A stretch of DNA of 64,000 bases from Chrysomallon squamiferum (lineage: Eukaryota; Animalia; Mollusca), in the NCBI GenBank assembly GCA_012295275.1, contig CM022667.1, positions 16,306,001 through 16,370,000 of the forward strand, given 5' to 3'. Shown here in pieces: positions 41,225-55,629 of the stretch (positions are counted from its first letter, which is position 1; every line of letters begins with the position of its first letter). The translations under genes and the position numbers were made by a program. The notes under the pieces were generated by a model. That model was not told the origin of the DNA, made no database searches, and worked only from the letters and a program-made list of their open reading frames with translations.

Positions 41225-42749
41225 TTCAAATAGTAGTATATTAGTTACACTAAATTCAAATTTGTTTTAAAAATGCATGATGTATGCCGCCATGCAGCCT
41301 CTTCAGCAGCGTTTAGAAAAGTATTATTTGAATTGATTTTCTTTCAGTCAGTTCTATTTCTTCACAGAACATATTCTTAAGAGCTTAGATTATACCTAAA
41401 CTTCATGTATTTGTTTTATTTCCAAACTTGTAAATGTTAAGCTGAACTAACACTTGGTCAGATATACTGACGGTCCTCTAATTTTCATTAAACAGAAATT
41501 CTTATAGATGTTATTTTTTGTTTTTAAACGTATTATCTTCATCTGATTTTAATATGCTTTTGTTGCTTCATTTTATAATATTTATTATTTTTATTTTTAA
41601 TATTTTGATGTGATTCAGATCAATGTTTATGGTAGAAATATGTTTCAGATGTCATTTCCTTTCCAAGAATATTGACCTGAAAGACAATAACAACAATATT
41701 AATACATTTTTGTGTATGCCTGTCAATTAGAAGGAACATAATTTGATATTTTGAAATACACTTTAATAAAACATCCTGAAAATATAAAAAACATTAATAA
41801 TAAAATGTGGTAATATATGTTTGTGCATGGATGTAAATGTCTATGTATCCATGTATGTATGTACGTACGTACGTATGTATGTATGCATGCATGCATGTAT
41901 GTATGTATGTATGTATGTATGTATGTATGTATGGATGGATGGATGGATGGATGGATGGATGGATGGATGGATGGATGGATGGATGGATGGATGGATGGAT
42001 GGATGGATGTGTGTATAGGCTTTGAGCTGTGATTATATTTAGAGCTCAGGAATTGGTGCCTTGGGTTTAATCAGAAACATTACGGAGCCGAGGCAATTTC
42101 TTTCTTATCGCGTGTTCATTCACGTCATTGACATTGCTGCAGACCGTAGCTATACTATGCCCAATAAATAATGAAAACCATGTTTATGCAAATTACTCGC
42201 ACCGAAAAAGAGGTTTGAACATCCAGCGGCTTCCGAATTTAGTGTTTTTAAATTCTATCTTGCCTCAACTTCCCAGTTAATCCCAAAATCTCACTTGGAT
42301 ATACAAGATGAGCAGATCTCTAAAGCTTTTCTTAGATAAGATCTTAGAGTGGATGGACAACATCTGATCTTCGCCACAGATTTAAAGCTATTACTTCTAT
42401 TCAAATCCAAAACGTAGAATATTTTCTGAAGAGCTACTTGTCAACGTTTCGACAAGATCTCAGCTCGTAACATGTTATTATGTTTCGTCGATATAAAGAG
42501 AATTATTCTATCGTCATTCATATATTTTGCCAATGCCAGCAGCACACAGACGTGGACTTTGACGTGACGAGCAGTACGTAACATCATGCACTGACATCAA
42601 CAGCAAAGGCTGTGCATTCATGTTTGCCCGCCTCCACAGACAGAAATCGACAGTAGTTTTCAGGATAATGGTGGCCGTCCACTTGTGTAAAGATATGAAT
42701 ATCCTCTCCTTTTTATCGAGTTTGAGGTGTATTCGATGAAAATAATGAG

Positions 42750-45030
42750 TTGAAGAGAGAAGTGAGAATATCTAGCAAGGGAGGAAGACGTTTGGCCAGT
42801 TCTCAGCATTATAATTACTATACATCCTTTATGATTCTGTACTATGATTGTCTATCAAGTTGTACAATCATCAAGAGGAATTAAAGAAATAATCGAGATC
42901 CAACTTGAGTAGTTTTTTCTGTGATGGTTCTATATGCACATATATACACATAGAGATACCAATCTGAGACTGGGAAAAGAACTGCACAACAACATTTCCC
43001 TGCTTATGCGCCGTTGTACCAACCAGACGTCACAGGATGGTGCGAATTATTACAAGCATGGAAATTACTAACGCAAAGGCCTAGATAAATACATGAGATA
43101 AACAACCCTGAGTGGCGACAATTAATGGCATCTGGTAATGAAATAAATTCAAAATAAAGATTCCTGGAGAGATCATTTGTAATAAAAGAGGTAATTACTG
43201 ATACATTGAAACCTAAAAGAAAGTTAGTAGAATAAATTATTTTATTATTCCACTTAATATGTAATAATGAATTTAAAGCTAAAGTAAATCTGCATTCAAA
43301 ATAATAAAAATCTGTGGAAAACCAAAAATTTAGTTCACAGAAACTATATTGTGGGCATGGCATGATTCGCTTCTTGTAATATAACACTGAATTCCTAGCT
43401 GACTTAGACTTATTACAACTTCGCAAAATGCCTAAAGCTAAAAAGCTAAAAGATCAGGTCCCAGAGCTGCAGGCTGCTTTAAAAGAACTAGCTGTTACTC
43501 AACGAATTAATGAGGAATTGCTGAGTCCTAAACTGGTTGAAAACAGTGCCAAAGGTAAGAGTTCTAAACCAGTGACCAATCTTTTTATATCGGAATCGAG
43601 ATAAAGATGAGTAAATTTAATGGGTCAGGTAGAATGGCATTTCTACATCAGAGCCTTGTAGAAATGTAGCATGATACATTTATATTAGCTCACTTAGATG
43701 GTGAAGAAATTAGGTTGAAGTCACAAGAGCAACAAAATACAAAAGTGGTTTGTATAAGACATTTTAGTATAGATCATCAGTGAATGAACTTTTTTGATCG
43801 ATCACAGAAGGAAGACGTATCACTGAGAGAATTACCTTACTGTCTGTCTGAATTACTGGATAGACTGAATTACTGGAGAAACGTAGATATGGTGCCCGAC
43901 AAGAATAATGTTGAATAGAACTCAGCGAAAATTAGAAAAGTCTTGTTTGTTAACACTAATACGAAAATGGGACACATTATTTCTTGAAAAGAATGTGCTT
44001 CGTTAAAAAAAAATTAGAGGACCCCAGTTTGGGACGTATGAAGCCGATAGTCTTACCAGGCATGACGAAGGAAAAAACTCTGCATAGTTTACATCATCAG
44101 ACAGGACAACAATTTTTAAAAAGAACCACAAATATGTTAGAATAAAATGATAGTGGCCTGCAATGCACAAAGATGTGGAACAATGGTGTAAAGAGTGTGA
44201 AAGGTGTGCAGTGACTAATGAAGCTTCTGCATCTCCCGGTGGGACACCAAGCCATAAGACCTTTTCAGACTGTAGCCATGGTATTGGAGCCATCTTCGAG
44301 AGGCAAAGAAAATGTTTTAGTCATCACTGAATGTTTTACCAACTTCACTGTGGCGGTTCCCTCGAAAACCCAGAAGGCTGTAACCGCAGCAAAGTTCTTA
44401 GTGTCTGAGTAGTTTCAGCGATATCGGGCACCAGAACGATTACACTGTGATCAGGTTAGAAACTTCGAATCGAAGGTATTAAGTAGTTTATACAGTGAAT
44501 ATAGTTTTTATAGTGAATAATTTTCACCATTTTATCTGATGTTTAGAAGACACACTCAGCTTCCAGTCGACTGTCTTCTGGGAAAGGCAGTGGCGAGAAC
44601 AGAAGAATATCCTACCAGAATGGATACAGAAGCACCAAGAGAAGCTAGGTTATGCTTGTGAAAAAGGAAGGGAGAATACCAGAATTGAGGAAGAAGCGAG
44701 GAAGTTTGGCCGTGATGAAGTAAGTGCTTAGCTACGTTAATATTGATTTTCTTATTATATCTCATCCAGGGCAGGAAAAAGATTCACGACCACTCAGAAG
44801 TCAACTGTACAGAGTAACTGAAATGCTGGATCTAGTTTGAAAGTTATACAAACTTGGTCCTCTGGAAGATATAAAAGATATCAGGGTGGTATATAGGTCA
44901 GAGGTGAAACAGTAAAGTACATGTAAAGAGAAAGATGATTTGATGGACGAAAAACATCAGTGAGGCAAAGCAAGAAATGACCAGTCTATTGAGCTTGACG
45001 ATCCAAATCAGCTTTTTGTAAACAATGTAG
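42750..45030 (+). mobile_element. Duplicated, more deleted copy of the Ty3/Gypsy remnant
   Basis: Colinear with 8560-11830. It lacks the ~9960-10590 segment (RNase H) and is truncated at ~45030. Integrase VAMVLEPSSRGKENVLVITECFTNFTVAVP is retained. Confidence 0.85.
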
Positions 45031-45095
45031 GTGTGCCGCTATTTTTTCGTGTGTTCCAAGGTGTGCCGTTGGCAAAAAAAGTTTGAGAACCACTG
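45029..45095 (+). mobile_element. Isolated 3' end of the same hAT element at a deletion junction
   Basis: aggtgtgccgctattttttcgtgtgttccaaggtgtgccgttggcaaaa.aagtttgagaaccactg matches 17560-17626 but has different flanks. Confidence 0.8.
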
Positions 45096-45107
45096 GGTTA
45101 AGGTTAG

Positions 45108-46049
45108 AGGTATTTCGCGTTCCTACTGTGCATGCACGCGAGGAGTAACGTCCCTCGATAGAATAGACTGAAACTAGTCTCTCTTTTCTTTTTTTAGCTG
45201 TAAAGCAAAGGTTATGAAAAAAGTACGTGAACTCACTGGGTATAAAATGAAGAAGGAGAATATCTGGAAGGATCGTGCGGCTGTGTAGCAGGGTAAGTTT
45301 CTTTCAATTATTTATTATATTTTATTATTATTTTCTGGAACGCATGCATAAATATTATAAATACGGGCAAGTGCGTGCGTGTTAGTATACTGTGTGCATA
45401 TATATGTATATATAAAACTATAAGTAATTGGTTTACTGGAAACACGTGCATGCATTACAATTATAAACACCTCCCCCTGATCAACATCTGGTCATGTGTC
45501 TGCGTGCCAGTATAATGAGTGTATGTATATATAAAACTATATATAATCTGTTTACTTGATAAACATGCATATTGTAAATACCCAGCCCATGTCAATTGTA
45601 CCGTTACTCATACACTCACAGAAACACGTACGTACTTGTAGAAGCCCCTCCTAAGTATTTGTGACTCCAAGCAACAGACACCTTAACTAGTTGCGGTAGA
45701 GTGAATAATTAAGAACATAATTGAAATAATTGCTTCTTTTATTTGGTTACTTCAAGCCCAGTTGACATCGTTCAATTTTTTTTAAAGTTAAATCCGACGG
45801 TTCTTTGTTCTTGTTACTTCTTTTTGTTATCCTAGATGTTATGACAGTTTCCCGTCCTATGTTCAGGGTTGGTATATAGACCAAATTTCTTGTCGTTCAC
45901 TGGCCTCCCACAAAACCTCGTGTCTGCAGTAACAAAACCTCGTGGTCATTACAGCATGATTATTTTTGCATACCCCCAATTTGCAAGTAGGACTATTGGT
46001 AGGAATTGCGTCCTCTACTTAACCACGCGCAGTGGAATGCGAAATACCT
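45108..46049. mobile_element. Putative non-autonomous DNA transposon/MITE with ~23-bp imperfect TIRs
   Basis: Left end aggtatttcgcgttcctactgtgc; right end gcgcagtggaatgcgaaatacct (reverse complement aggtatttcgcattccactgcgc). No clear TSD. Confidence 0.6.
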
Positions 46050-46204
46050 TTGTTGGCTAAGCGCTTTATATTAGTCACTGACAGAGAGTGATTATCGTTT
46101 CTAGGCGGTTATTCAGTGTGACGCAAATGGCTGTTACTAAGGCCTAAAACTTAACTCCACGCATTTTTCGCATTTCTCAGAGCAGACAAATGCAAATAAG
46201 AAAC

Positions 46205-46245
<41 letters not shown>

Positions 46246-48610
46246 TATATTGCATTTTTAATGAAATTGATGTAGAATTGTCGTGCGACGGAAATCTACA
46301 AAAATGTAATTATTTTCATAACCTAAACAACTAATAATCATAATAAAATTAACTGAACTGCACTAGCACTGCAAATTGACGCCAGCACATTTTTCGTTAC
46401 CAGACCCCCAAGATAATATATCATTAGAAACAATTTGATATTTAACTATTAACTGTTGAAAGAATATTTTCCAATTTCTGAAGGATAATCAACTAATATT
46501 TATCAAATTCGTACATACGTAAAGAAAAACAAAATAAAAACTTACCATTCTCCATGTTGTTCCAATTATAAATATTTTAAGTTTCACAGCTGAACTTCAA
46601 TGTCGTCTTGTATAATGCGCACAGAAAAGGCGTTTAACATTATATATATATGTTTGTGTGTGTGTGTGTGTGTGTATTTAGGTATATCAGTTGTCATAGG
46701 TTACAAGTTTATTATGCAAATGGATCGAAACTTGGCTCTTAAGTTTCATCATACTTTAATAAACGTTCCTATACGTAGAGGCTTGTAGCTTTGTTGTACA
46801 TGTCATAACTTGCTGTATCTTCTGCAGAAGAATTCTCCATTCTCCAGGAAAGTATACTGACAGGTAAACTGGGTGTTACCTGTAGGCGTTTCTGTAAGAC
46901 TTCTATGCATATTCATTTCACGATACAGAAGGTGACATACCGTCCACCTCGATAGTTACGTGTGAGCAGTATCTGTAATTGTGTTCAGTTAGGAACTGAG
47001 CTAATTTCGGATTTCCAACAATGAAAACATATGTAGATATAGATCTTTTTTCTCTACTTTGTTTCATAACTTTATTTTTTATTTATTTATTTATTATTAT
47101 TATTTTTTTTTTTTTGTGTTTTTTCTTCAGTTGTTTGCACCTTATTAAGCAGAGGAATTTAAATTTATAAATAGTTAATAATATAATTAAAGTAACTATT
47201 TAAAAAAAAGAAAACAACAATTCTGTTACACTATACACAATTAACAATAATTAAGATGAAACAAAAATAGAAATTCACATAAAAATATCCTGAATTTTAA
47301 CGAAAATATATCCCCTAAAACCAAGACGTGCCAAATGAAAAACATATATATATTAAAAAGTAGTGGACATTAGAGAGCATTATCATATTTTGATACAGCA
47401 TCGCTAGCAGAAAATCAGTTGAAACTGTCGCTCTATACCCGCGTTTGACCCGTTCTGTAGAAACTGACAAAGAGCTCTTTTCTGTTGGACCATGCTCCAC
47501 CTGGGCTGAGCTGTAGCAGTCTAGACGTGTCTGATCACAGACAAAGCAGGTTAACGTGTTGACATTTCACACAGATTCCTCTCTATCTGATGCTGACCGT
47601 GGTTCACTGGCTCCGTTCAGGTGCACTTTGTTTCAGATAACAAACTGTGTACTATGTATTGTGACGGAATCAACAAAAATGCCTGGGAATCGTGGTATTA
47701 ATTTCAGATAACAAACTGTATACATGGAAGGTAATCTAAATCGAAAAATTATATGTATGTATGCATGTACATATGTATATTTCCCTGCTTGTGTTCCGTT
47801 TGAATAATGTAATTAAGCTTATGCGACTGATTGATTCGTTTCTTCATTTTGTTATGTGCATATATTTTTTGCTCTAAAAAGTAATGAACATTAGATAGTA
47901 TTATGATATTTTGATATCAGACCGTTACTTGAAAATCAGTTGAAAATTACCCTCTACACCCGCTTTTGAGCAGACATGTAGAAACTGACAACAATATTCT
48001 AACATGGATTAATGCCAAGAATGTTAAGTTAACAAGTGCATGCGAATCTCTGCAAACCTGACCAGGTGCATGTCCATTCTCGTTTATAAGCCCACCTCTC
48101 ATAAATGATAGCAAATAAACATCTAAGAACGGCAAAAAAAACCCCCAAAACTTTAAAAGAAAGATAAATAAATAATTATGAAAAGAAGTTAGAGAAAGAG
48201 CTAGATGTGTCTCGAAAAAGACATTTATTTACTAATTTTTTTCTTTCTTTTTTTGAAAAATGGTAAAGAAAGAAACACCAAACATTACTGGAAGCAGAAT
48301 ACGTTTAATGAGTAACTTGTAAAGTAAAAGAATAAAATATTTTTACTCTTCTCCCGCAATACACAAACGAACGCACGGCATTCTTTTTTACCAGCTGCCT
48401 TTTTTTATTTACTAATTTTATGTACTAATTAATGCTTATTTGTTTATTTATTTATTTATTTACTTGCTCTTTTTTTGTTTTTGTTTTTGTTTGTTTGTTT
48501 ATTTATTTAACTATTATTAAAATTAATATTGTAATTATAATTACTTTGATTTTTATTATTATTACTACTACTACTACTACTACTACTACTAATACCACTA
48601 CTACTAATAC

Positions 48611-48680
<70 letters not shown>

Positions 48681-49296
48681 TAACTGTATTGGTTGCTTGT
48701 TCTGTTTTGCTGGGCAGTTCAGTTTCTAAATTATCATTGTTATCTCTTACCTTTGATCTGTAAGTCAAGTTTACGCCTGACAAAAATAACTGAAATTTAA
48801 CACAATTCGTGACAGTATTCACTGATTATACAAAAATAAGTCTGAAATTTATAAGTATAAATGGTTATATGTTTTATATGTTTGACACATGCAGTGGGTT
48901 GTCTTGGTTTCAGGTTGTACGTAAGCTTTATAACTGATTTATCTAACACATGAACCGTGTAGCATTTACAGTTTTGAAACATTTTACAAATTAAATAACT
49001 TTTGTATAGCTACAAAAAGATGCTACGTCATGTTGATCAGTGTTTAAAATCACTCGTGTTTATTTCTCTGTTTACTTAACAGCCTGTGCGTGTCGCTTGA
49101 AGTTGCATACATCTTGTAATGGGATTGTTTAGTTTGAATTGGGAAGGATTCCCACGGAATATAGTCTTCTCTTTCGTTTGGGTTAGGTTGCTTTCGACAA
49201 GTAATAGTATTCTTATACGCTTGCATGATGTTGTTGGATCTTGCAGAAGCATTATTTTTAACGTTACCTGAGTTTGTTTTATTAAAATAACAAACA

Positions 49297-49353
<57 letters not shown>

Positions 49354-49367
49354 TATTATTATTATTA

Positions 49368-49414
<47 letters not shown>

Positions 49415-49562
49415 GACACACACAACTAAAAAGAGAACGAAAGAAAAATAAAATAAAATAATAATAAATGGTACATTTTTACACCAGCAGCGAAAATTCT
49501 CATTTTTAGTCAGGCTAAACACTTTTTTAATCAGAGTATATTCCGATATTATATATGTTATA

Positions 49563-49950
49563 TGTGGGGACTGAACTAAAAGCGCCAAGCATTATCTAAT
49601 GATACCATTAACGCGTCTCGGGTTTATTTCTCTTTGTTTAGACTTAAAGTACTTGGGGAAATTCCTCCAAGACACTGGGACATTACTATAAAGTAAACAC
49701 TGTGACTGGGGCTATCATAAGGAACCCATGACCGTAATGATCTGTCAGGGGTGAGGGATGTTATCAGTGTGATTTAAGTGAAAGATATTTCAAGAGAAAA
49801 GAGATAATAGCTGGCAAAGGAAAGGACGTTTCGACCAGTTCTCTGCAATATAATAAATATACTGTCATCTGTTGTACTATAATTGTGTATTATTTTGTAG
49901 AATCAGGATGAAATGGAGCTGAAATATCCTCAATCCATGTATATGTGTAT
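49563..49950 (+). mobile_element. Solo LTR-like element (unit B copy of 16020-16430), starting TGTGGGG
   Basis: Near-identical to 16020-16430. Confidence 0.65.
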
Positions 49951-51966
49951 CTATATTTTGAAAGTCTGTATTTGATTAATATTAACATTTATAGGCATTC
50001 TAGCAGTACATGCTTCTCAGAAAGGCAATACTTGCATACAATAAATGAAGAAAACAAATTGCATGAGTTATGAACTTTCAAAACGTAATAACTGTTCATG
50101 AATCATGCACATGTCAGAATATTAAAGAAGAAATGTTCCATCTAAATAATTTATTCAGAGAAAATCGCCGTTTTATATTTCAACGATTTTTTTCTAATAT
50201 TCACCTTGTCTTTTTTACCTATTTCTTTCTTTCGCTTTATTTTTGAATTTTCAATTACGTCTTTGTAAGAAATTAAAGAAATTAAAGTGATATTTCGTCT
50301 TGCTCTGTAATAATTTAGCGTAACATTTTGACACTTCTGAAAAAGGTTTAGCCAGCGTCCCTAGCTAAGGATATGGTATAATATTATATACAAGTAAGAA
50401 ATTGTGTGAATCTGCTCCTGTTTTATTTTGAACCAGTTAACTCTTACTTTGAACGTCTTCCTTTATACAGAAGAATGCAAACTGAATGAAAAACCTACGT
50501 GATCGCTTTATATAGTTCCACTGTTGCATAATTATTATTACAGACTAATTTTTTCAAACAGAATCTAGGAAGAATCGTTATGAACTAGTGGACTCTGTCG
50601 ACTGAGGATTTTGTGCACATCTCGATGCAAATTCATAATTACAACTGAAAGTCAAAATGTATACAATTATACATATGCTATACCTGTCTAGCCTTTGTGT
50701 ACAAATATAAATAAATTGTAAATATTGTCATGTACAACATTTCAGATATTTGTGCAAGTCTGTTTTCCTTTAATTCATAAATAATCTCCTGTTTTTCACA
50801 TTTAAAAGAAAACAACGTGAAACTTCATAATAGCAACTATTATCTCAATGTTATACACTAGAACTGGTAAACCTTGGTGTCCATCATAATTTTTAAAAAT
50901 CATTTTAAAACGTATATACAGTATATAATAACAATACTAGCATTTTACATTTTTTTTTTTTTCAAAAATTAAATTATATATAAACAAATAAATTCAGAAA
51001 AAATCAAATCAAAATAAAACATGATGTTATTATACTATTTCAAACAGTCATGTACATTTTCTTGCCTAGGAGACTATTTCAGACAACAAAATAAGAAATG
51101 AAAGCAACTATTCCTGTTCTGTGGAATCTAATCATGACACGTATAACATAGGTAGATAATAGTTACGTTTTGTGTATTTTTCATAATTCTGTTATTTTAA
51201 TGTCACAACTTATTAGTAGTAACTACAATACGAAAACAAACATATCAATATGTAATACAGTTAATATTCACACCAAAATAGTTGGTTTTGTCTTATCCTT
51301 ATTCTCAAACAACAAACAGCCATTTGTCGTTCCTTTTTAGTCATAATGAGCATTAATTATTTTGCAAATAATAATATATTTTTTTAATAATAATAATTGG
51401 TTGGGAACAAACTAAATGAAAAAGTGACACAGTTTCATAAAATAAATAAATGTACAAGCGACAATAAAAACTAAAATTATTTCACTGGATGTTCATGTAA
51501 TATCTGTAAATATGTTCTTGTAGTATCAGATAAATATTACTGTAAAGTTTTACAACATTACTCTAAAATGGATTAATGCCAAGAACGTTTTGTTATCAAC
51601 AAGTGTACAAGTATCTATCCACAACTGACTAGGGGCAGGCCCAAGCTCGTTTATAACCTCGATTCTCATACATATGTGTGGAAAGATACATTAGAAGATA
51701 TTTGCTTTTTATCAGAAAGAGTATTCTACCTGCATAGCATGATAACAGTAAGCATAATAACAGTGATTTATCTAACACTTGAACGGTGTGGCCTTTGCAG
51801 CTTGAAAACCTTTGATGTATTAAATAACTTTTGTATAGCTACAAAAAGATGCTACGTCATGTTGATCAGTGTTTAAAATCACTCGTGTTTATTTCTCTGT
51901 TTACTTAACAACCTGTGCATGTCGCTTGAAGTTGAATAAAAAAACAAATAATGAAAAAGATATTTT

Positions 51967-52039
51967 CGACCTCATGGGGACTCAAACGCTAAACCTTGAG
52001 ATTAAAAGTCTGATACTCTACCGACTGAGATAAATTGTG
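51967..52039 (-). pseudogene. Independent tRNA-Lys(TTT) pseudogene
   Basis: Minus strand tatctcagtcggtagagtatcagacttttaatctcaaggtttagcgtttgagtcccc; D-arm and anticodon recognisable, T-arm and acceptor stem degenerate. Confidence 0.7.
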
Positions 52040-52351
52040 TATGCACCTGTAATAGTGGTTTATTAACATAGATCTTGTTCTAACAATACGGCAGTCAAAT
52101 TCTGTATTTTATAATTATCCTTTTCTATTAGAAAGTTTCATAGCAAGCTTTACTTGAGCACATATCAGAAATCCATTCTTACCTCTTACGGTATCATCAG
52201 GAAAAAGAAAAAAGGAAGAAAAGAAACAAAAAAGCTTTTATTCTTACTCTTTTTAATTTATCAACACATTAATTAATCCATTTTTCTATCTATCTTTCCA
52301 TAGCCTACATTCTTTCAGTCTCTCAGTACAGGTTTTGTGTAATATTTTCAG

Positions 52352-52430
52352 GGTATTATTTTCTCTGCAGCTGTGCTCCTCGTGTGTTGAAGCGACAGTC
52401 ACCAACACTGCCGCAAATTTCCTTGTCACT
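52352..52430 (+). pseudogene. TMEM42: TMEM42-like internal exon (orphan fragment, probably internally deleted)
   Basis: SLQLCSSCVEATVTNTAANFLVT followed by a phase-0 gtaagt donor at 52431; acceptors at 52351 or 52370. Resembles the TMEM42 segment preceding the terminal exon. Confidence 0.65.
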
Positions 52431-53915
52431 GTAAGTTCACATAGAACTGAATACGTTACTCTATCTAGGTGACACAGCTTTCTTTCATTCGTTACTTCTT
52501 TTCTTTATCTGTCTGTTATACTTTGTCATTCATCTTCTTTCTTCTGTTTTCCTTTTCTTTGTTTCTTTATTTTTTCCCTCCTCCTTTCTTTTCTCTTTTT
52601 CTTTCTCCTTTCTTTCTTTCCTTTTTTCACTTTGTTTTAAGAATCATGCTAGACATTAAGACTTGAGTCCCAACGATTGTCCTAATACTTAACTTCGACC
52701 AATTACTCTTGATATGGGAATATACAAAGCCAAAGATTATCACGTTTAAAGTAGAAAAACATATTTCGCTTTGGAGAATATCTCAGTTTTAATGGATTAC
52801 AAATATGCAGTTACTTTATTATAATTATTACCTGTTCTAATATACATGTATGACTGCCGTCAGTTACAGATGTAATTATACATAATATATCAATTGTTTT
52901 CATAAAGACGCACGTAAGTATAAACATAAGGACAATACACAACTGGATCTGAAAGAGAATTAAAATGGATAAGCTATTTATATTAATAATAATCTTAATA
53001 TTAACAACAACAGCAACAGCAACAGTAGTAACAACAATCATAATAATAATAATTAATAATCTTAAAACTATTTTAAGTTAAAAACAAACCATTAACCCGA
53101 AAAAGTAATTTTACATTTTATAGCTTTGTGTATTATACGTCGCAAATAGTACTGATGTCGTAACGTGACATTCACCTTTAAAATACTTAACATAAATGAA
53201 GGAAATAATCAAAACAAATTATAAATGTTAAAGAAAATTGATTAATTCATATATTTTATATAATATATTTCTTATTGATTTCAGTTGTTGTTTATTCGTG
53301 TTTAATTCATTTGATATGACTTCTATTTAAGATCAAATTTTGATATTGCAGTAAAGCAGCTGTAAAGTGCATCATTTCTGAAATAGGTATATGTCGAGTA
53401 AACATTTATAAATCACACAGGTGCACACTGCTGAGCAAAAGAAAGAACACACCGACCTGAACAGTTTTTGAACAGAAAAAGACAAATATTCTGACATTGT
53501 GTGTCAGCGTCACGGATGAGTTGACGAAAGTTTTTTTTTTTTTTTTTTTTCTAGTTCTGGGTAGCAGTGAGTAGGAGTCACGGAGTTAACCCACGTTTTA
53601 TCAGCAGTATGTTTGAAGTGTCAAGTTACATTTCTCTGTTACATCGTCTTCTCTCCATTTACACACATGCTACATAGCAAACTTGCTTGTGATTTATTAT
53701 TATTATTTGTAGTATTATTATTTATTTTTTAAGCTATCTATCTATCTATATCTATCCATCTATTTTTCATGCTCGCCATTTAACTTCATCCGTATCGTCA
53801 TCCAGATTCTGCTTTCTTCTATTTTTAATTTCTTTTTTTATCATGTTTCCTTCTATTTTTTTTTTTTTTTTTTTTTTTTTTTAATGATAAATAAACAAAT
53901 AAATAAATAAGTAAA

Positions 53916-53963
53916 TACTCCGTTGCCAGGCAAGGTTACTCGGGTTACATTTCCGGTCGATGC
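53916..53963 (+). pseudogene. Degenerate tRNA-Gly(GCC) fragment, unit B copy
   Basis: Homolog of 22637-22684. Confidence 0.55.
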
Positions 53964-54246
53964 GTTTAATTATTTTCCTACTTTTCATAGGTAAATTTAA
54001 ACCGTTTGTAGAGTAACTTTAATAATAATAATAATAATTTTAAAAATTTTGCTAATAAAAACAAAATCTAAAAAACAGAAAAGTAATAGATAAATATATT
54101 TACTTAATAATTCTATAATAAAAAACAAATAAGACTGGATACATGATAGAGTTATTTTACCCGATTGCTTTTGTTATTTTTAAATAAAGATATTAAATAA
54201 AATAAACATTTTATAAAAAAACAACTACCAGAAGATAAAACGTTTA

Positions 54247-54320
54247 AGACAACGTAGGGTCTCGAAACCTAGACCCTCAGATTAAAACGTCTGATGCTCT
54301 ACCAACTAAGCTAGGAAGGT
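54247..54320 (-). pseudogene. tRNA-Lys(TTT) pseudogene, unit B copy
   Basis: Homolog of 22984-23057 with the same extra G. Confidence 0.8.
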
Positions 54321-54579
54321 TATACATGTGTACTTCAGCTGAATGAATGCTTGAATGTTTGACTGGATATTAGCCAGCAAGACGACACAAGTAAGCAATG
54401 CAATGCAATAAAATAATATAAAATAAAATAAAATAAAATGAAATGAAATATAACAAAATATATTTAGAGTACAGGTAGTTATCTTAAGAAATGTTAGGAT
54501 AAATGTCTTGATGGTAAAAAAAATGCTGAAATAATAAAGATTTAATGTCACTGGTTATTCTAATTCCACTATTACTAGT

Positions 54580-55400
54580 TCTAGTCTTATTTAGAGAAAT
54601 TTAATGGTTCTGAAACAATGGCATAAAGGTCAATCAGATATAAATTCCTTGTCTGACACCTCTAGCAAGTCTAAAGAAAGGAGTTAAAATGTCAGTTAAT
54701 CTTGATAAAAGGTTTTATATAACTATAGAATATTTAGACCATGATATAAACATATCTCCAAAACTGATTTTTGTTTTAAACTTTTAAAAGGAAACTATGT
54801 GACACCCTATCGAAAGCTTTTTTGATCAGTTTTAACATTAAACTATTCCTCATTATTTAACTCAACAACATCTCTAACATCTCTCACTGACATAACATTA
54901 TCAGCAAAATCACTTGTCTTTCCACAACAGTTTTGTGCTGATGAAATAAAACATAACACATCATGTTTAAGACGATTAGAAAGAATTTTGGAAATATTTT
55001 TATAATATATATTTAAAAGACGAATAGATCTAAAATTAGTAAGATCCACATTATTTACTTTTTTCTTTTTCATACTATGAGACAGCATTTCCACTTTTTC
55101 AATTGACATAACTGGTTTACGAAAGAAAATATTCAGATTTTCTCCGAAATTTAACATAAAATTCAAAACCATTCATTGCAAGATATTTATTTCGATTCAT
55201 TTATTTTAAAGCGTCTGTAATTCCTTAATTGTAATATCTTTCTGAGAGTTTTCTCGTTCAGAATCCTTTATTTGATTTGATATAAAAATGTCTGTGTTTT
55301 CTTTGGATATAATTTTGAATAAAAATCACAAGCATTTTCTTCCTGAGTATAAATAGAAAGTTAGTTTCCTGAAAATTAAATTAGGTGTCTTTTAATTTAA
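54580..55400 (-). mobile_element. Tx1/L1-like LINE reverse transcriptase fragment (decayed)
   Basis: DLTNFRSIRLLNIYYKNISKILSNRLK...Q...DNVMSVRD (cf. NWRPISLLN.DYKI..K.L.NRL), then KAFDRVSHSFL and GVRQG...LYAIVSEP in shifted frames. Confidence 0.8.
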
Positions 55401-55576
55401 AGTACCCCTAAGTTTTGCCATAAATTATATAATACACAACATTACAACTGCGTACATGATATAGTAATTCTTCGAGTGCTTTTCATTATTTTTAAATAAC
55501 GATGTTAAATAACTAAACATCAAAGAAATGACAAACATTTTATGAAAACAATTACCAGAAGAAAACAAAAGTTTAA

Positions 55577-55605
55577 GCCGACATAGGGACTCGAACCCTA
55601 GAGCC
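55577..55605 (-). pseudogene. 3' fragment (T-arm/B-box) of a tRNA-Lys-like copy
   Basis: gccgacatagggactcgaaccctagagcc preceded by the same flank (taccagaaga...gtttaa) as the 22984 and 54247 copies. Confidence 0.5.
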
Positions 55606-55629
55606 TTTTTTCTTTTCTTTTTTTTTTTT

